Notes under the pieces: generated by a model
Seen by the model: the letters and a program-made list of their open reading frames with translations, nothing else
Databases searched by the model: none
Told to the model about the DNA's origin: nothing
Part shown: in pieces, positions 46,103 through 54,618 of the stretch
Layout: each line of letters starts with the position of its first letter
Position numbering within the stretch: the first letter of the stretch is position 1
Position numbers and translations under genes: made by a program
DNA from: a virus
Virus record (IMG/VR): IMGVR_UViG_3300042332_000310
Location: 3,277 to 67,276 of that record
DNA: 64,000 nucleotides
Direction: 5' to 3' (one strand)

Positions 46103-48715
46103 TTAAGCGCTACAACTTCCTACATTAGTAACATTACCACCACCTGCAGATACCGTATTTTCTACTGCGCATACATTCATAGTCATTCCAGGGCCTACTG
46201 AATCATAAACCGTTGAACCACCACATTGTTCGTAAGATATATAGACGTCATAATTACTATCTGGATTATAGATATCGTAAGATGTACAAGTAACTGGATT
46301 ATAACCACAATATCCAGCAACAATTCCATCTTGAGCTCCTGTACGAGTTTGACCCGCTGTTGGAGAACATTGATTTATATCCATTTGTCTGTAGTATCTT
46401 ACATTGCCCACACACTCATAATAGTCTTCTATTGGCAGCATGTTTATCCAGTTAGCAGTCGTACTTGGATATGAATTTGCAGGGTTAGCTCCAGTTCCAT
46501 AATATAAATAATTGCCACCCCCTAAGTCAACCCTAAATTGTGCAGTATTCATACTACTATAACAAGGATTTGTATTAGCCATTACTGGAGCTTCATAAAC
46601 AGTACCAGCTGAACAATAATGATAAGTTCCAGCAGCGGATGTGTAACTAGGAGTTGTTGTATTACATGGAGCTGCTCCATAAACACCGTCTGAATTTCTA
46701 GTAGTATTATAAGTAGAAGAGCATGGATTTACATCTCTTTGAGGTTGATATGAGGTACAGTCTACACAAACCCTAGCTCCTTCATTTTGCCAGTTTGCAG
46801 TTGTTACACAGTTACCATTAGAAGGAGCTGTATTACCTACGTTTATGTATGTAGCACTAGGAGGTTGATTTAATACATAATTATTAAATGTTGCAGAACA
46901 AGGGTTAGTATCTCTAAACACAGCATAATTAGCACACTGATAACAAGTATTATAACTTTGAGCTGTTAGTGTAGGTGTAGTAACACAATTCCCATTAGGA
47001 GGAGCGGTATTCCCTACATTTACATCATTTACTCTATAATTATTGTAAGTAGGACTACAAGGATTGGTATCTCTATATACTAGATAATTTGTACAAGACG
47101 AGCATGTATTATATGCCTGGCTTGTCCAAGCAGCAGTTGTATTACAATCGCCAGCAGGAGGAGCTGTTTGTCCTAAACTAATCGTATTATTTATAAAGTA
47201 TTCATTCCAAGTAGGAGAACATGCATTTCTATCTCTATAAACTAAATACGTTACACAATTATAACAATAATTAAATTCCTGACTAACTAATATCCTATCA
47301 TCATCTGGATATTCATTTACTGGATTAGTGGCATATGTAATAGTGCCATTTGGGCCTCTACTATATTGATTGCCAGTAAAGCATGGATTACTATTTTGAT
47401 GTATAGCATATTCGTTAATTTGTCCTCCAATACAAACATAATAAGTACCAATACTTTCACCACTATAATCAGCAGTTGTAATACAATTGCCAGATGCAGG
47501 CTGTATTGTATCTATTACTCCATTTACCTTATACTTGTTATAACTTGTTGAGTTAGGATTAATATCCTTATATACGTCATAAGTAACACAATCTATACAG
47601 GTATTATAATTTTGGTCTACCCATACAGGTGTAGTGTCTCCACATTGAAAGCAAGTTGTATTTGTAGTACAAGGAACAACAGGGCTACATCTTGATATAT
47701 CTAATCCAGTAACAGCTGGAGGAGTAGTACCACCAGCTACACAAATATATTCAGGAGAATTAGCTTCAACAACTCTTGAAGAAGGATTACCATTACATGC
47801 AAAGAATGTAACATCTAATCTATTTGCAGTTGTATTTGTAACAGTAAAGCAAGAGCAATCTCCAGCTAAAACGCAATCTGAAACTATAGAAATAGCTACT
47901 TTATTTGCAGTATTAGCTTTATCTCTTAAACCTATATAGTATGTTCCATCTACTACGTTAGTGTATTCAGTATTAGGAAGAGTTACATCTACAAATGTAC
48001 CAGCTAATGCAGCAGCTGCAGTAGTATAAATTGTATTAGTTATTTGAAAAGTTCCTCCACCTCCAGTAAAAGTATTAGCTCTTATGGTTGATTGACCAGT
48101 AAATTCATCACAAACATGATTTAATACACAGTTTACAGGCTCTGGTTCACACGCAACAGTATCAGAAGTACTACCCTTTAATCCTCCCGTATCCATTATA
48201 GCTATATAATATGTAGCATTATTTAAATTTTGAAAAGTATAAGATGAAGTAGTCAATGCAAATCTAGTTCCAGACGAATCTAGTCTAGCCAATGCATCTG
48301 CTGCAGATACTGTACTTATAGCTATAAAACTAAAAGACTTCCATCCTCCAGCAAAATTTGAAACTACTATCTTTCCACTTCCTATGTATGCAGTACAGCT
48401 AACTGTAGTTGTCATAGTAATAGGGTCTGGTATCCAAACAGCAGTTCCAGCTAACTCACACTTAGGCACATAAACAGCAGTCCCTTCTAATGAGCAATTT
48501 GGAGTAAATAAGGCGCTTCCTGACAACTTACAGTCATTGATTGCTAAAGATGCATTATTAACCTTTACATTGCCTCTAATGGCCGTAAAATGCATTTCAG
48601 GGGCATTCCCCTTGAATACACCGTTTCTGGCTTCCTTATGGTTATTTAATGGTAAGACATCATTAGAATCGTCAAGATTCATGACACCATCTAATGTTTT
48701 TATTTCTTTGCCCAT
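46103..48715 (-). CDS. Cys-rich repeat protein with muzzle-type N-terminus
   Basis: About eight DxNPCSxTYN-type repeats; first 61 aa are 34/61 identical to 48717-48908. Confidence 0.85.
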   Translation of the reverse strand: MGKEIKTLDGVMNLDDSNDVLPLNNHKEARNGVFKGNAPEMHFTAIRGNVKVNNASLAINDCKLSGSALFTPNCSLEGTAVYVPKCELAGTAVWIPDPITMTTTVSCTAYIGSGKIVVSNFAGGWKSFSFIAISTVSAADALARLDSSGTRFALTTSSYTFQNLNNATYYIAIMDTGGLKGSTSDTVACEPEPVNCVLNHVCDEFTGQSTIRANTFTGGGGTFQITNTIYTTAAAALAGTFVDVTLPNTEYTNVVDGTYYIGLRDKANTANKVAISIVSDCVLAGDCSCFTVTNTTANRLDVTFFACNGNPSSRVVEANSPEYICVAGGTTPPAVTGLDISRCSPVVPCTTNTTCFQCGDTTPVWVDQNYNTCIDCVTYDVYKDINPNSTSYNKYKVNGVIDTIQPASGNCITTADYSGESIGTYYVCIGGQINEYAIHQNSNPCFTGNQYSRGPNGTITYATNPVNEYPDDDRILVSQEFNYCYNCVTYLVYRDRNACSPTWNEYFINNTISLGQTAPPAGDCNTTAAWTSQAYNTCSSCTNYLVYRDTNPCSPTYNNYRVNDVNVGNTAPPNGNCVTTPTLTAQSYNTCYQCANYAVFRDTNPCSATFNNYVLNQPPSATYINVGNTAPSNGNCVTTANWQNEGARVCVDCTSYQPQRDVNPCSSTYNTTRNSDGVYGAAPCNTTTPSYTSAAGTYHYCSAGTVYEAPVMANTNPCYSSMNTAQFRVDLGGGNYLYYGTGANPANSYPSTTANWINMLPIEDYYECVGNVRYYRQMDINQCSPTAGQTRTGAQDGIVAGYCGYNPVTCTSYDIYNPDSNYDVYISYEQCGGSTVYDSVGPGMTMNVCAVENTVSAGGGNVTNVGSCSA

Positions 48716-48716
48716 T

Positions 48717-48908
48717 TTAAGGTCTGTCGTTTGTTTTTAAATTACTATTAGTAATCTTAGTATTACCTCTTATTGCCTGAAATTTAATTAATCCCTGAGT
48801 ACCTCTAAAAACGCCATTCCTTGCTTCCTTATGATGAGAAGAAGGAAAAGTGTCTCTTGGGTCATCAAGATTCATGACACCGCTAAATGTCTTTTTCTCA
48901 AATCTCAT
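48717..48908 (-). CDS. stand-alone muzzle N-terminal module (63 aa)
   Basis: EKKTFSGVMNLDD...P...EARN...GN; tightly packed between neighbours. Confidence 0.7.
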   Translation of the reverse strand: MRFEKKTFSGVMNLDDPRDTFPSSHHKEARNGVFRGTQGLIKFQAIRGNTKITNSNLKTNDRP

Positions 48909-48909
48909 A

Positions 48910-49680
48910 TTATGATTTAGCTACAAGTTTGCTTCCCATTCTTATTACCTCATTTGCATCCCATAGCATAACAGGGTTTTCACGTAGGTTGGCATTTCTT
49001 TTTTGATTATAGTATTCTTTTCTTCTAAGTTGTTTATCACCAAGACTAGCTCTTCTACCCAACGGTAAATGCTCTATATCTTTCCAAGCTATAAAAGCTA
49101 AAACAGCTTCTCTAATCTGAACAGGAATTTTATAGTCAACATCATCTGCTGGAGATGATAAATATTCTAATACTACATAATCATACCCATATTCATTATC
49201 TAAATATATAAGTCCTTGTTCTTCATCTACATCAAACTCTCCAGCCGCATTTAAAACAGAACCTGTACCAAATATATTTACATATCTAGCTCCATCAAAA
49301 TAATTTACAAAAGCTAAATCTTGAAGTCTATATGTATTTCCTGTGCTGTTGTCAGTATTGCTTGTTAATCTATCTGTTTGATTTATTTTATAAGAACTTA
49401 AATTTTTATTTCTTCTTAAAGTAGATACTTCACCCTTTTGGTTAAAAATACCAATTTTAGAAAATCCTACATAATCAGAAGGTAGACTTACTGTCTTATT
49501 TGCATTTACTACTAATTTAACAGTTTTAGTAGTTCCATATACATCCATTCCCATTTCTTCTACACCTCTAACTCCAATAGTCCATAATCTTCTATAGTCT
49601 GAATTAGAAAGCCTAGCTTGGTCTATATACTGATATATTACCTCTGATAATCCAACCCATTTTGCAGTATCTTTTGCCAT
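48910..49680 (-). CDS. tail tubular/ring protein
   Basis: LPSDYV...VVLEYLS...EAVLAFI; synteny with crAss-like ring genes. Confidence 0.75.
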   Translation of the reverse strand: MAKDTAKWVGLSEVIYQYIDQARLSNSDYRRLWTIGVRGVEEMGMDVYGTTKTVKLVVNANKTVSLPSDYVGFSKIGIFNQKGEVSTLRRNKNLSSYKINQTDRLTSNTDNSTGNTYRLQDLAFVNYFDGARYVNIFGTGSVLNAAGEFDVDEEQGLIYLDNEYGYDYVVLEYLSSPADDVDYKIPVQIREAVLAFIAWKDIEHLPLGRRASLGDKQLRRKEYYNQKRNANLRENPVMLWDANEVIRMGSKLVAKS

Positions 49681-49685
49681 ATTAA

Positions 49686-50309
49686 TTATAATTTATCTAA
49701 GCCATCATTTGTTGAATCTTGAGGAGTTGCTTTTCTTGGTCTTAATTGTCCCATTACAAGATTAATAATATCTGTTATATACTCTTGAGGAACATTTAAT
49801 TCCGCATCCATATCTGAAGTTTCAGTACTAACCATTCTAACTATAGCAAATCTTCCAACTAAATTAGTGTAACTTTTAAACCATAGTTTTTTACCTTCTG
49901 CCCAATAGAATATTTTACTAGGAGGTTGTTTTAAGCTATCCATATAATCTAACTCTCTAACAGAAATAGGTATTGGTGATTTAGCAAGACCTGTTGATGT
50001 TGGGAATGTTACAGTAGATATACCATATCCTCTAGCTAGTCCAAGTGGAACTTGAGGTAAGTCTAATGAATAATATCCTGTATCATTATCTCTTGTTATA
50101 GCAAGATTTTTAAATGTCAAATAAAATACATCACTAACAGTTTCTATACCATCAAGCTTAATTGAGTCTGTATAGTTTATTTTAGCCATGTAAGCTAATG
50201 CCTGGTTAATATACAGATTGATTTCTTTCTCTGTGATATTTGCGTCATCTGTAGGGACTCCTCCGTACAACATACGTCTTATCTGTTCTATTAATACTTT
50301 TCTAGTCAT
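49686..50309 (-). CDS. ring/connector protein
   Basis: Synteny; ends PQDSTNDG. Confidence 0.7.
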   Translation of the reverse strand: MTRKVLIEQIRRMLYGGVPTDDANITEKEINLYINQALAYMAKINYTDSIKLDGIETVSDVFYLTFKNLAITRDNDTGYYSLDLPQVPLGLARGYGISTVTFPTSTGLAKSPIPISVRELDYMDSLKQPPSKIFYWAEGKKLWFKSYTNLVGRFAIVRMVSTETSDMDAELNVPQEYITDIINLVMGQLRPRKATPQDSTNDGLDKL

Positions 50310-51004
50310 TATTGACCTTCATTTTTAATTGTTTGAGAAGCTCTAATCAAGTCTACATCTTTTAAATTAATACCTATTAATCCTACTGCTATATAAATTA
50401 TCTCATTCATATCTGCTTCTCCCCACTCTGGATTTACAGAGCCAGTAGAAGGTATAAGTGTTTTACCTGTAGGAAGTGTAGCGCCTTGAGGTAAATGAAC
50501 TAAGTCATCATAATAAGCCCATACCATTTTATTTGGAGTTCTTATGTATCCTACTATTACGCTATTATTTACTAATGGAAATAGCTTTAATGTACTTCCA
50601 ACTTCCATATACACTGGGTCTGCGGCTGTTGGTGCATCTATTGGATTAGTTAAATGAGTAGCTAAATTATCATCAAATACTTTTTTAACAGGCCTATTTG
50701 CAGTTGTTCTTACTGAAGTTATAGCCCATGCTGTAGCAGGTTTTGTAACTATTCCTAAAGTAGCACTTAAATTCACCTCTGTATAAAACTTAGAAAGCCT
50801 ATCAGATACTGAAGAATTTACCATTAATCCAGCAGGACTTTTTCTGTTATTACTGTTTATATTACCAGTACCATCAACGATAGATTCAATATATTGGTTT
50901 TGAGCCATATTGATTATCATATTGAAATCGTCTGGTGCAATGTATGTACCTTGATATTTATCTACCAAGTACGATACTATTTTGTATGCTTCATCTATAG
51001 TCAT
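50309..51004 (-). CDS. ring/head-tail connector protein
   Basis: GTYIAPDDFN..INMAQ...YIRTP...WAY; synteny. Confidence 0.72.
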   Translation of the reverse strand: MTIDEAYKIVSYLVDKYQGTYIAPDDFNMIINMAQNQYIESIVDGTGNINSNNRKSPAGLMVNSSVSDRLSKFYTEVNLSATLGIVTKPATAWAITSVRTTANRPVKKVFDDNLATHLTNPIDAPTAADPVYMEVGSTLKLFPLVNNSVIVGYIRTPNKMVWAYYDDLVHLPQGATLPTGKTLIPSTGSVNPEWGEADMNEIIYIAVGLIGINLKDVDLIRASQTIKNEGQ

Positions 51005-51019
51005 AATGCAAATATAAAC

Positions 51020-51048
51020 AAAAAAAGCCCCACCGAGAACGGCAGGGC
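51020..51048 (-). terminator. intrinsic terminator
   Basis: GCCCTGCCG-TTCT-CGGTGGGGC followed by T7. Confidence 0.8.
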
Positions 51049-51080
51049 GTAACCAATGAAACCATATAACACAAAGCGAC

Positions 51081-52001
51081 TTAATTATTGATTATATGCT
51101 TAATTTGAGAATAGAATTCTTTTCCTTTCTCAGTCAAGCAAAATTCAGCCAAAAACTGTAACGGCTCTTTACCGTCAGGTATTTGTGCAATATATGATTT
51201 ACTATCCCCCCAGATAGCTTGCCCTTTTACAGAGCTGGTATCAACAAGACCACTAGCCATAGCCTTCTGTACTACGTACTGAATCTTAACCAATGGGTTA
51301 TTGTATGTCTTAATGAACATATCAGGATTCTTATCGGCAACATTTAGATAATCAAATCTAATAGCCTTTTCTCCTCTTTCTACACTTTGAGCATTTACAA
51401 ATTTAACTCCTAAATATTTAGCATGAGGAATCATCATATCTAAAGGAGCATCCATAGCTATTCTCATAGCATCCATGCGGACTTCTGCCTTTTCCATATT
51501 CTTTGTTTCCTCAGCTTGGAAATCTAGCATTTTATATAAAGGCTTACTTCCAGCCATTCTGTTCTTTACATCAACATTCATGTTGCTCTTTTTCAAGAAC
51601 TCCAATAATGAAGGCTTGTTTGATGGAACTCTTAAGTATCCATTTACAAATCTTACATCAGGTCTTTGACGTTGCTTTTGCTCTGACAGATGCTCTTGGT
51701 CTTCTACCCATATGCTAGAAACTCCTTCTAAGTATCTAATATTTCTTTCTGTACCTGTTTCTTCATCATAAATAATGTCTTCATTCTTAATCAAATAATT
51801 CTCAGGGTAAGGCAACTTACCTGGAGTGGTTACATAGAAAGTTTGAATTAATTGAAATACGTAAAAATCTGGTTTCTTAGCTTGCTTTTTAGGAACATCA
51901 ACTACGATGTCAACTACTTCGCTAATTTGTGTTGCTGTTGGCTCTACATCAATGATATTGCCTTCAGCGTCAATTGTTTGCTTTTTAATTGCTTTTGCCA
52001 T
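51081..52001 (-). CDS. conserved structural protein downstream of the capsid gene (crAss gene-75-like)
   Basis: RNIRY...SIWVEDQ...FVNGYLRV...LLEFL; synteny. Confidence 0.7.
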   Translation of the reverse strand: MAKAIKKQTIDAEGNIIDVEPTATQISEVVDIVVDVPKKQAKKPDFYVFQLIQTFYVTTPGKLPYPENYLIKNEDIIYDEETGTERNIRYLEGVSSIWVEDQEHLSEQKQRQRPDVRFVNGYLRVPSNKPSLLEFLKKSNMNVDVKNRMAGSKPLYKMLDFQAEETKNMEKAEVRMDAMRIAMDAPLDMMIPHAKYLGVKFVNAQSVERGEKAIRFDYLNVADKNPDMFIKTYNNPLVKIQYVVQKAMASGLVDTSSVKGQAIWGDSKSYIAQIPDGKEPLQFLAEFCLTEKGKEFYSQIKHIINN

Positions 52002-52032
52002 AATGGTTATTTTGTGTTATGCAAATATAGGT

Positions 52033-52068
52033 AAAAAAGAAAACCCCACCATTTCTGGCAGGGTTTCC
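52033..52068 (-). terminator. intrinsic terminator after the major capsid gene
   Basis: GGAAACCCTGCCA-GAAA-TGGTGGGGTTTTC followed by T6. Confidence 0.85.
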
Positions 52069-52087
52069 TATATGTATCTTGTTAAAA

Positions 52088-53431
52088 TTAGCTCTTAACT
52101 GAGATGTATTGGTTTGCACCAAACACTTGGATACCGCAGTATGCCATGTGGTGTACATTCAATTCCATCTTGTCAGAAGTTGGAACTTTAGCTAATGCAC
52201 CAGTTTCCCAAACTTTAACATCTTTTCCAGCCTCTACTTCGTTAGTAACGATACGTAAAGAAGGAATCTTATCTCCGTTTGCTGCATCTCTTCCCTCTTT
52301 CATTGGGATTAAGATACCGCTGTTCTTGTAGTACTCAGTTGTTGGAGCAACACCGTATACAGCTTCAGCATTGAATGGTAAGTACTTCTTCAAGTGGAAA
52401 GTTGTACCGTCAATCTTCAATGAATCAAAACCGTATTTAACAGCTAATTCTTGAGAACCACCTGCATTAGCCCAAACAATAGCACCATTTTGGTACTTAG
52501 TGAATAAAGCGTCATCAACTACAGTTCTTAAGTAAGAATCCATCAAGAAGTGATACTCTTGAGCACCACCATTGAAATCAGCTAAACGAGCTAAAGCATG
52601 GAAGTCATCAATTGTGAAACCGCTAGAAGAAGCATTCCACTGATAAGTTTGACCACCAGCCTCAATTTGAGGAACTAAACCTGTAGCACCAACTGTTCCA
52701 GTGATGTTATCTGTAGGCTTACCAAACATTAACTTGAATTCTTTGTTGTTCATGAAACGACGAACAGCTTCATCTAAACCTTTGTAGGTATAGTAAGCTT
52801 GGCCATCTACATTGAAATACAATTCTTCAATCTTAGCACGGTCAGTGATAGAGAAATCTTCACGGATTTCAGTTGTGTAGAAAGTTTTCTTTTCAGTCAA
52901 ACCTGTTAAAGTGTTGAATTTGCTAGATGCTTCACCAGCTTCTGTGATACCACGGAATAACAAGAATGCAGTAGAATCAGCACCTAAGTCTGTGTTTGCA
53001 TCAATTGCAGCGCTTAAAGGCTTGATTGTGCAAGCAGTAGCAGAAGCTACAGCAGTGATTTTGTACTGAACGCCAGTTGCAGCATTCTCAACAACTTCAC
53101 CAACACGTAATGGAGACTTTCCGTTATCAACGAATGAATTAGAGATTACTACATCAATAGCAGCACCAGCAGCAACATTTGTTAATGCACCACCGTTTAA
53201 TTGTACTGCAGAATGTAATTTACCCTTAGATTCAAAGTGGAAGAATTCTCTTGAAGGAACTGTAGCTTTCATTCCTAACGCCTCAAGTAATTGAGTGTAG
53301 TTTTGAGAGCCATACTTCTCAATAAACTTATCGTAGTATTGAGGTTTTAAAATAGACAAATCAGACACGAATTGACGTGTAACTTGTCCGCTGGTAGGTT
53401 GTACGCTACCTGGTTGTAATGGAGCTGGCAT
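52088..53431 (-). CDS. major capsid protein
   Basis: 447 aa after portal and scaffold; GEAS, visibly biased codons (TAC, TTC, AAC, CGT), strong terminator. Confidence 0.85.
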   Translation of the reverse strand: MPAPLQPGSVQPTSGQVTRQFVSDLSILKPQYYDKFIEKYGSQNYTQLLEALGMKATVPSREFFHFESKGKLHSAVQLNGGALTNVAAGAAIDVVISNSFVDNGKSPLRVGEVVENAATGVQYKITAVASATACTIKPLSAAIDANTDLGADSTAFLLFRGITEAGEASSKFNTLTGLTEKKTFYTTEIREDFSITDRAKIEELYFNVDGQAYYTYKGLDEAVRRFMNNKEFKLMFGKPTDNITGTVGATGLVPQIEAGGQTYQWNASSSGFTIDDFHALARLADFNGGAQEYHFLMDSYLRTVVDDALFTKYQNGAIVWANAGGSQELAVKYGFDSLKIDGTTFHLKKYLPFNAEAVYGVAPTTEYYKNSGILIPMKEGRDAANGDKIPSLRIVTNEVEAGKDVKVWETGALAKVPTSDKMELNVHHMAYCGIQVFGANQYISVKS

Positions 53432-53463
53432 AATTAAATGTTTTTATCCTTTTATTAAAATTG

Positions 53464-54585
53464 TTATAAACTAAACATTTTGCTTACCATGCTATCAAAA
53501 TCACTTGTATTAGAAACAGCAGCCGTCCTAGGCGTATTACTGTAATCAATATTTTTCATCCCCTTTAATAAGTCTGCCTTTGCTTTGCTTACCGCTTGGG
53601 TAACCATAGAATTAACAATCTTATCTCTGTTTTGTAAGAAGTAGACGTCTTCTGCTAATTGCTTGGTATCGTACTTACCATCCTTGTAGTAACGAGGCCC
53701 ATAAAAAGACTCTAAGTCAAAATCTTTCAAATCATTCTGAAGTTGCAATTTCTCTTCTGCTGACAGAGAGTATTTGCCGTCAAACTGGACTTCCTCGTCT
53801 TTGTAATTGACGTTAAACCCTTCAAAATTTTTCAATCCATCTGAAATGCTATTTTCATACATTTCTCTAGATTGTTGATAGACCTTTGATTGTTCTTCTT
53901 CTTGAGATTTCAAATACTGACTCACAATATCTTCCGCATTAACGGTAGACTGAGACTGTTCTTGAAATTGACTCAAGATATCTGGAAAGCTAATGTCCTG
54001 TTTTAATGTTTGCAAGTAGTCTTTCGCTTCACCCACAGCCTTCTTCAACTCTCTTGCAATCGCTTTTTCTTGCTTCTCAATTTGCTTGTTTTTAGCAGCA
54101 ATTTCGCTATCAGTCATTAAAGATTCATCAAAATCTTTATCAACTAAATACTTAGAAGCAAACTCTTCTTCAATTTCTTCTGGGCTTAAATCTGGGTAGT
54201 CATAAGCTATTTTAAGCTTTAATACATCAGAATCATTCATTTTATCTAGCTCAGAAAGAACTTTTTGTTCATATAAGATATCTGCTACATCACTAATGTT
54301 ACCATTAGTTAAGTTTTCATATATCTCTTTTGCTACTTCATTTTCCCATTCAAAACTAATTTTTGATGGTTCTGATGTTTCACTTACCTTCTCTTCTGTA
54401 GTAACTGGTGTTGATTCAGTAGCTTCAGTAGTATTAGGTGTTTGAGTTGATTCAGTAGTTTCTGTAGCTTCAGTAGTTTCTGTAGCTGTTTCTGTCTGAA
54501 TTTCCTCATTTGTTGTTTCGGTTGATGCTGTAGTTTCTGTTGAGTAACTTGATACATCAAACGGATTGATTTCTTGCTCTGTCAT
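53464..54585 (-). CDS. putative scaffolding protein
   Basis: Highly acidic with T/E-rich N-terminus; between portal and capsid; start moved to ATG 54585. Confidence 0.72.
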   Translation of the reverse strand: MTEQEINPFDVSSYSTETTASTETTNEEIQTETATETTEATETTESTQTPNTTEATESTPVTTEEKVSETSEPSKISFEWENEVAKEIYENLTNGNISDVADILYEQKVLSELDKMNDSDVLKLKIAYDYPDLSPEEIEEEFASKYLVDKDFDESLMTDSEIAAKNKQIEKQEKAIARELKKAVGEAKDYLQTLKQDISFPDILSQFQEQSQSTVNAEDIVSQYLKSQEEEQSKVYQQSREMYENSISDGLKNFEGFNVNYKDEEVQFDGKYSLSAEEKLQLQNDLKDFDLESFYGPRYYKDGKYDTKQLAEDVYFLQNRDKIVNSMVTQAVSKAKADLLKGMKNIDYSNTPRTAAVSNTSDFDSMVSKMFSL

Positions 54586-54618
54586 TTTGGTTTGGTTTAT
54601 ATTATGCAAATATATAAA

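Noticed and set aside
45830-48716. Self-splicing intron or intein interrupting the muzzle gene
   Set aside because: The interval is fully occupied by structural-type ORFs with no intron core, maturase, homing nuclease or intein motifs; splicing is unlikely but not formally excluded
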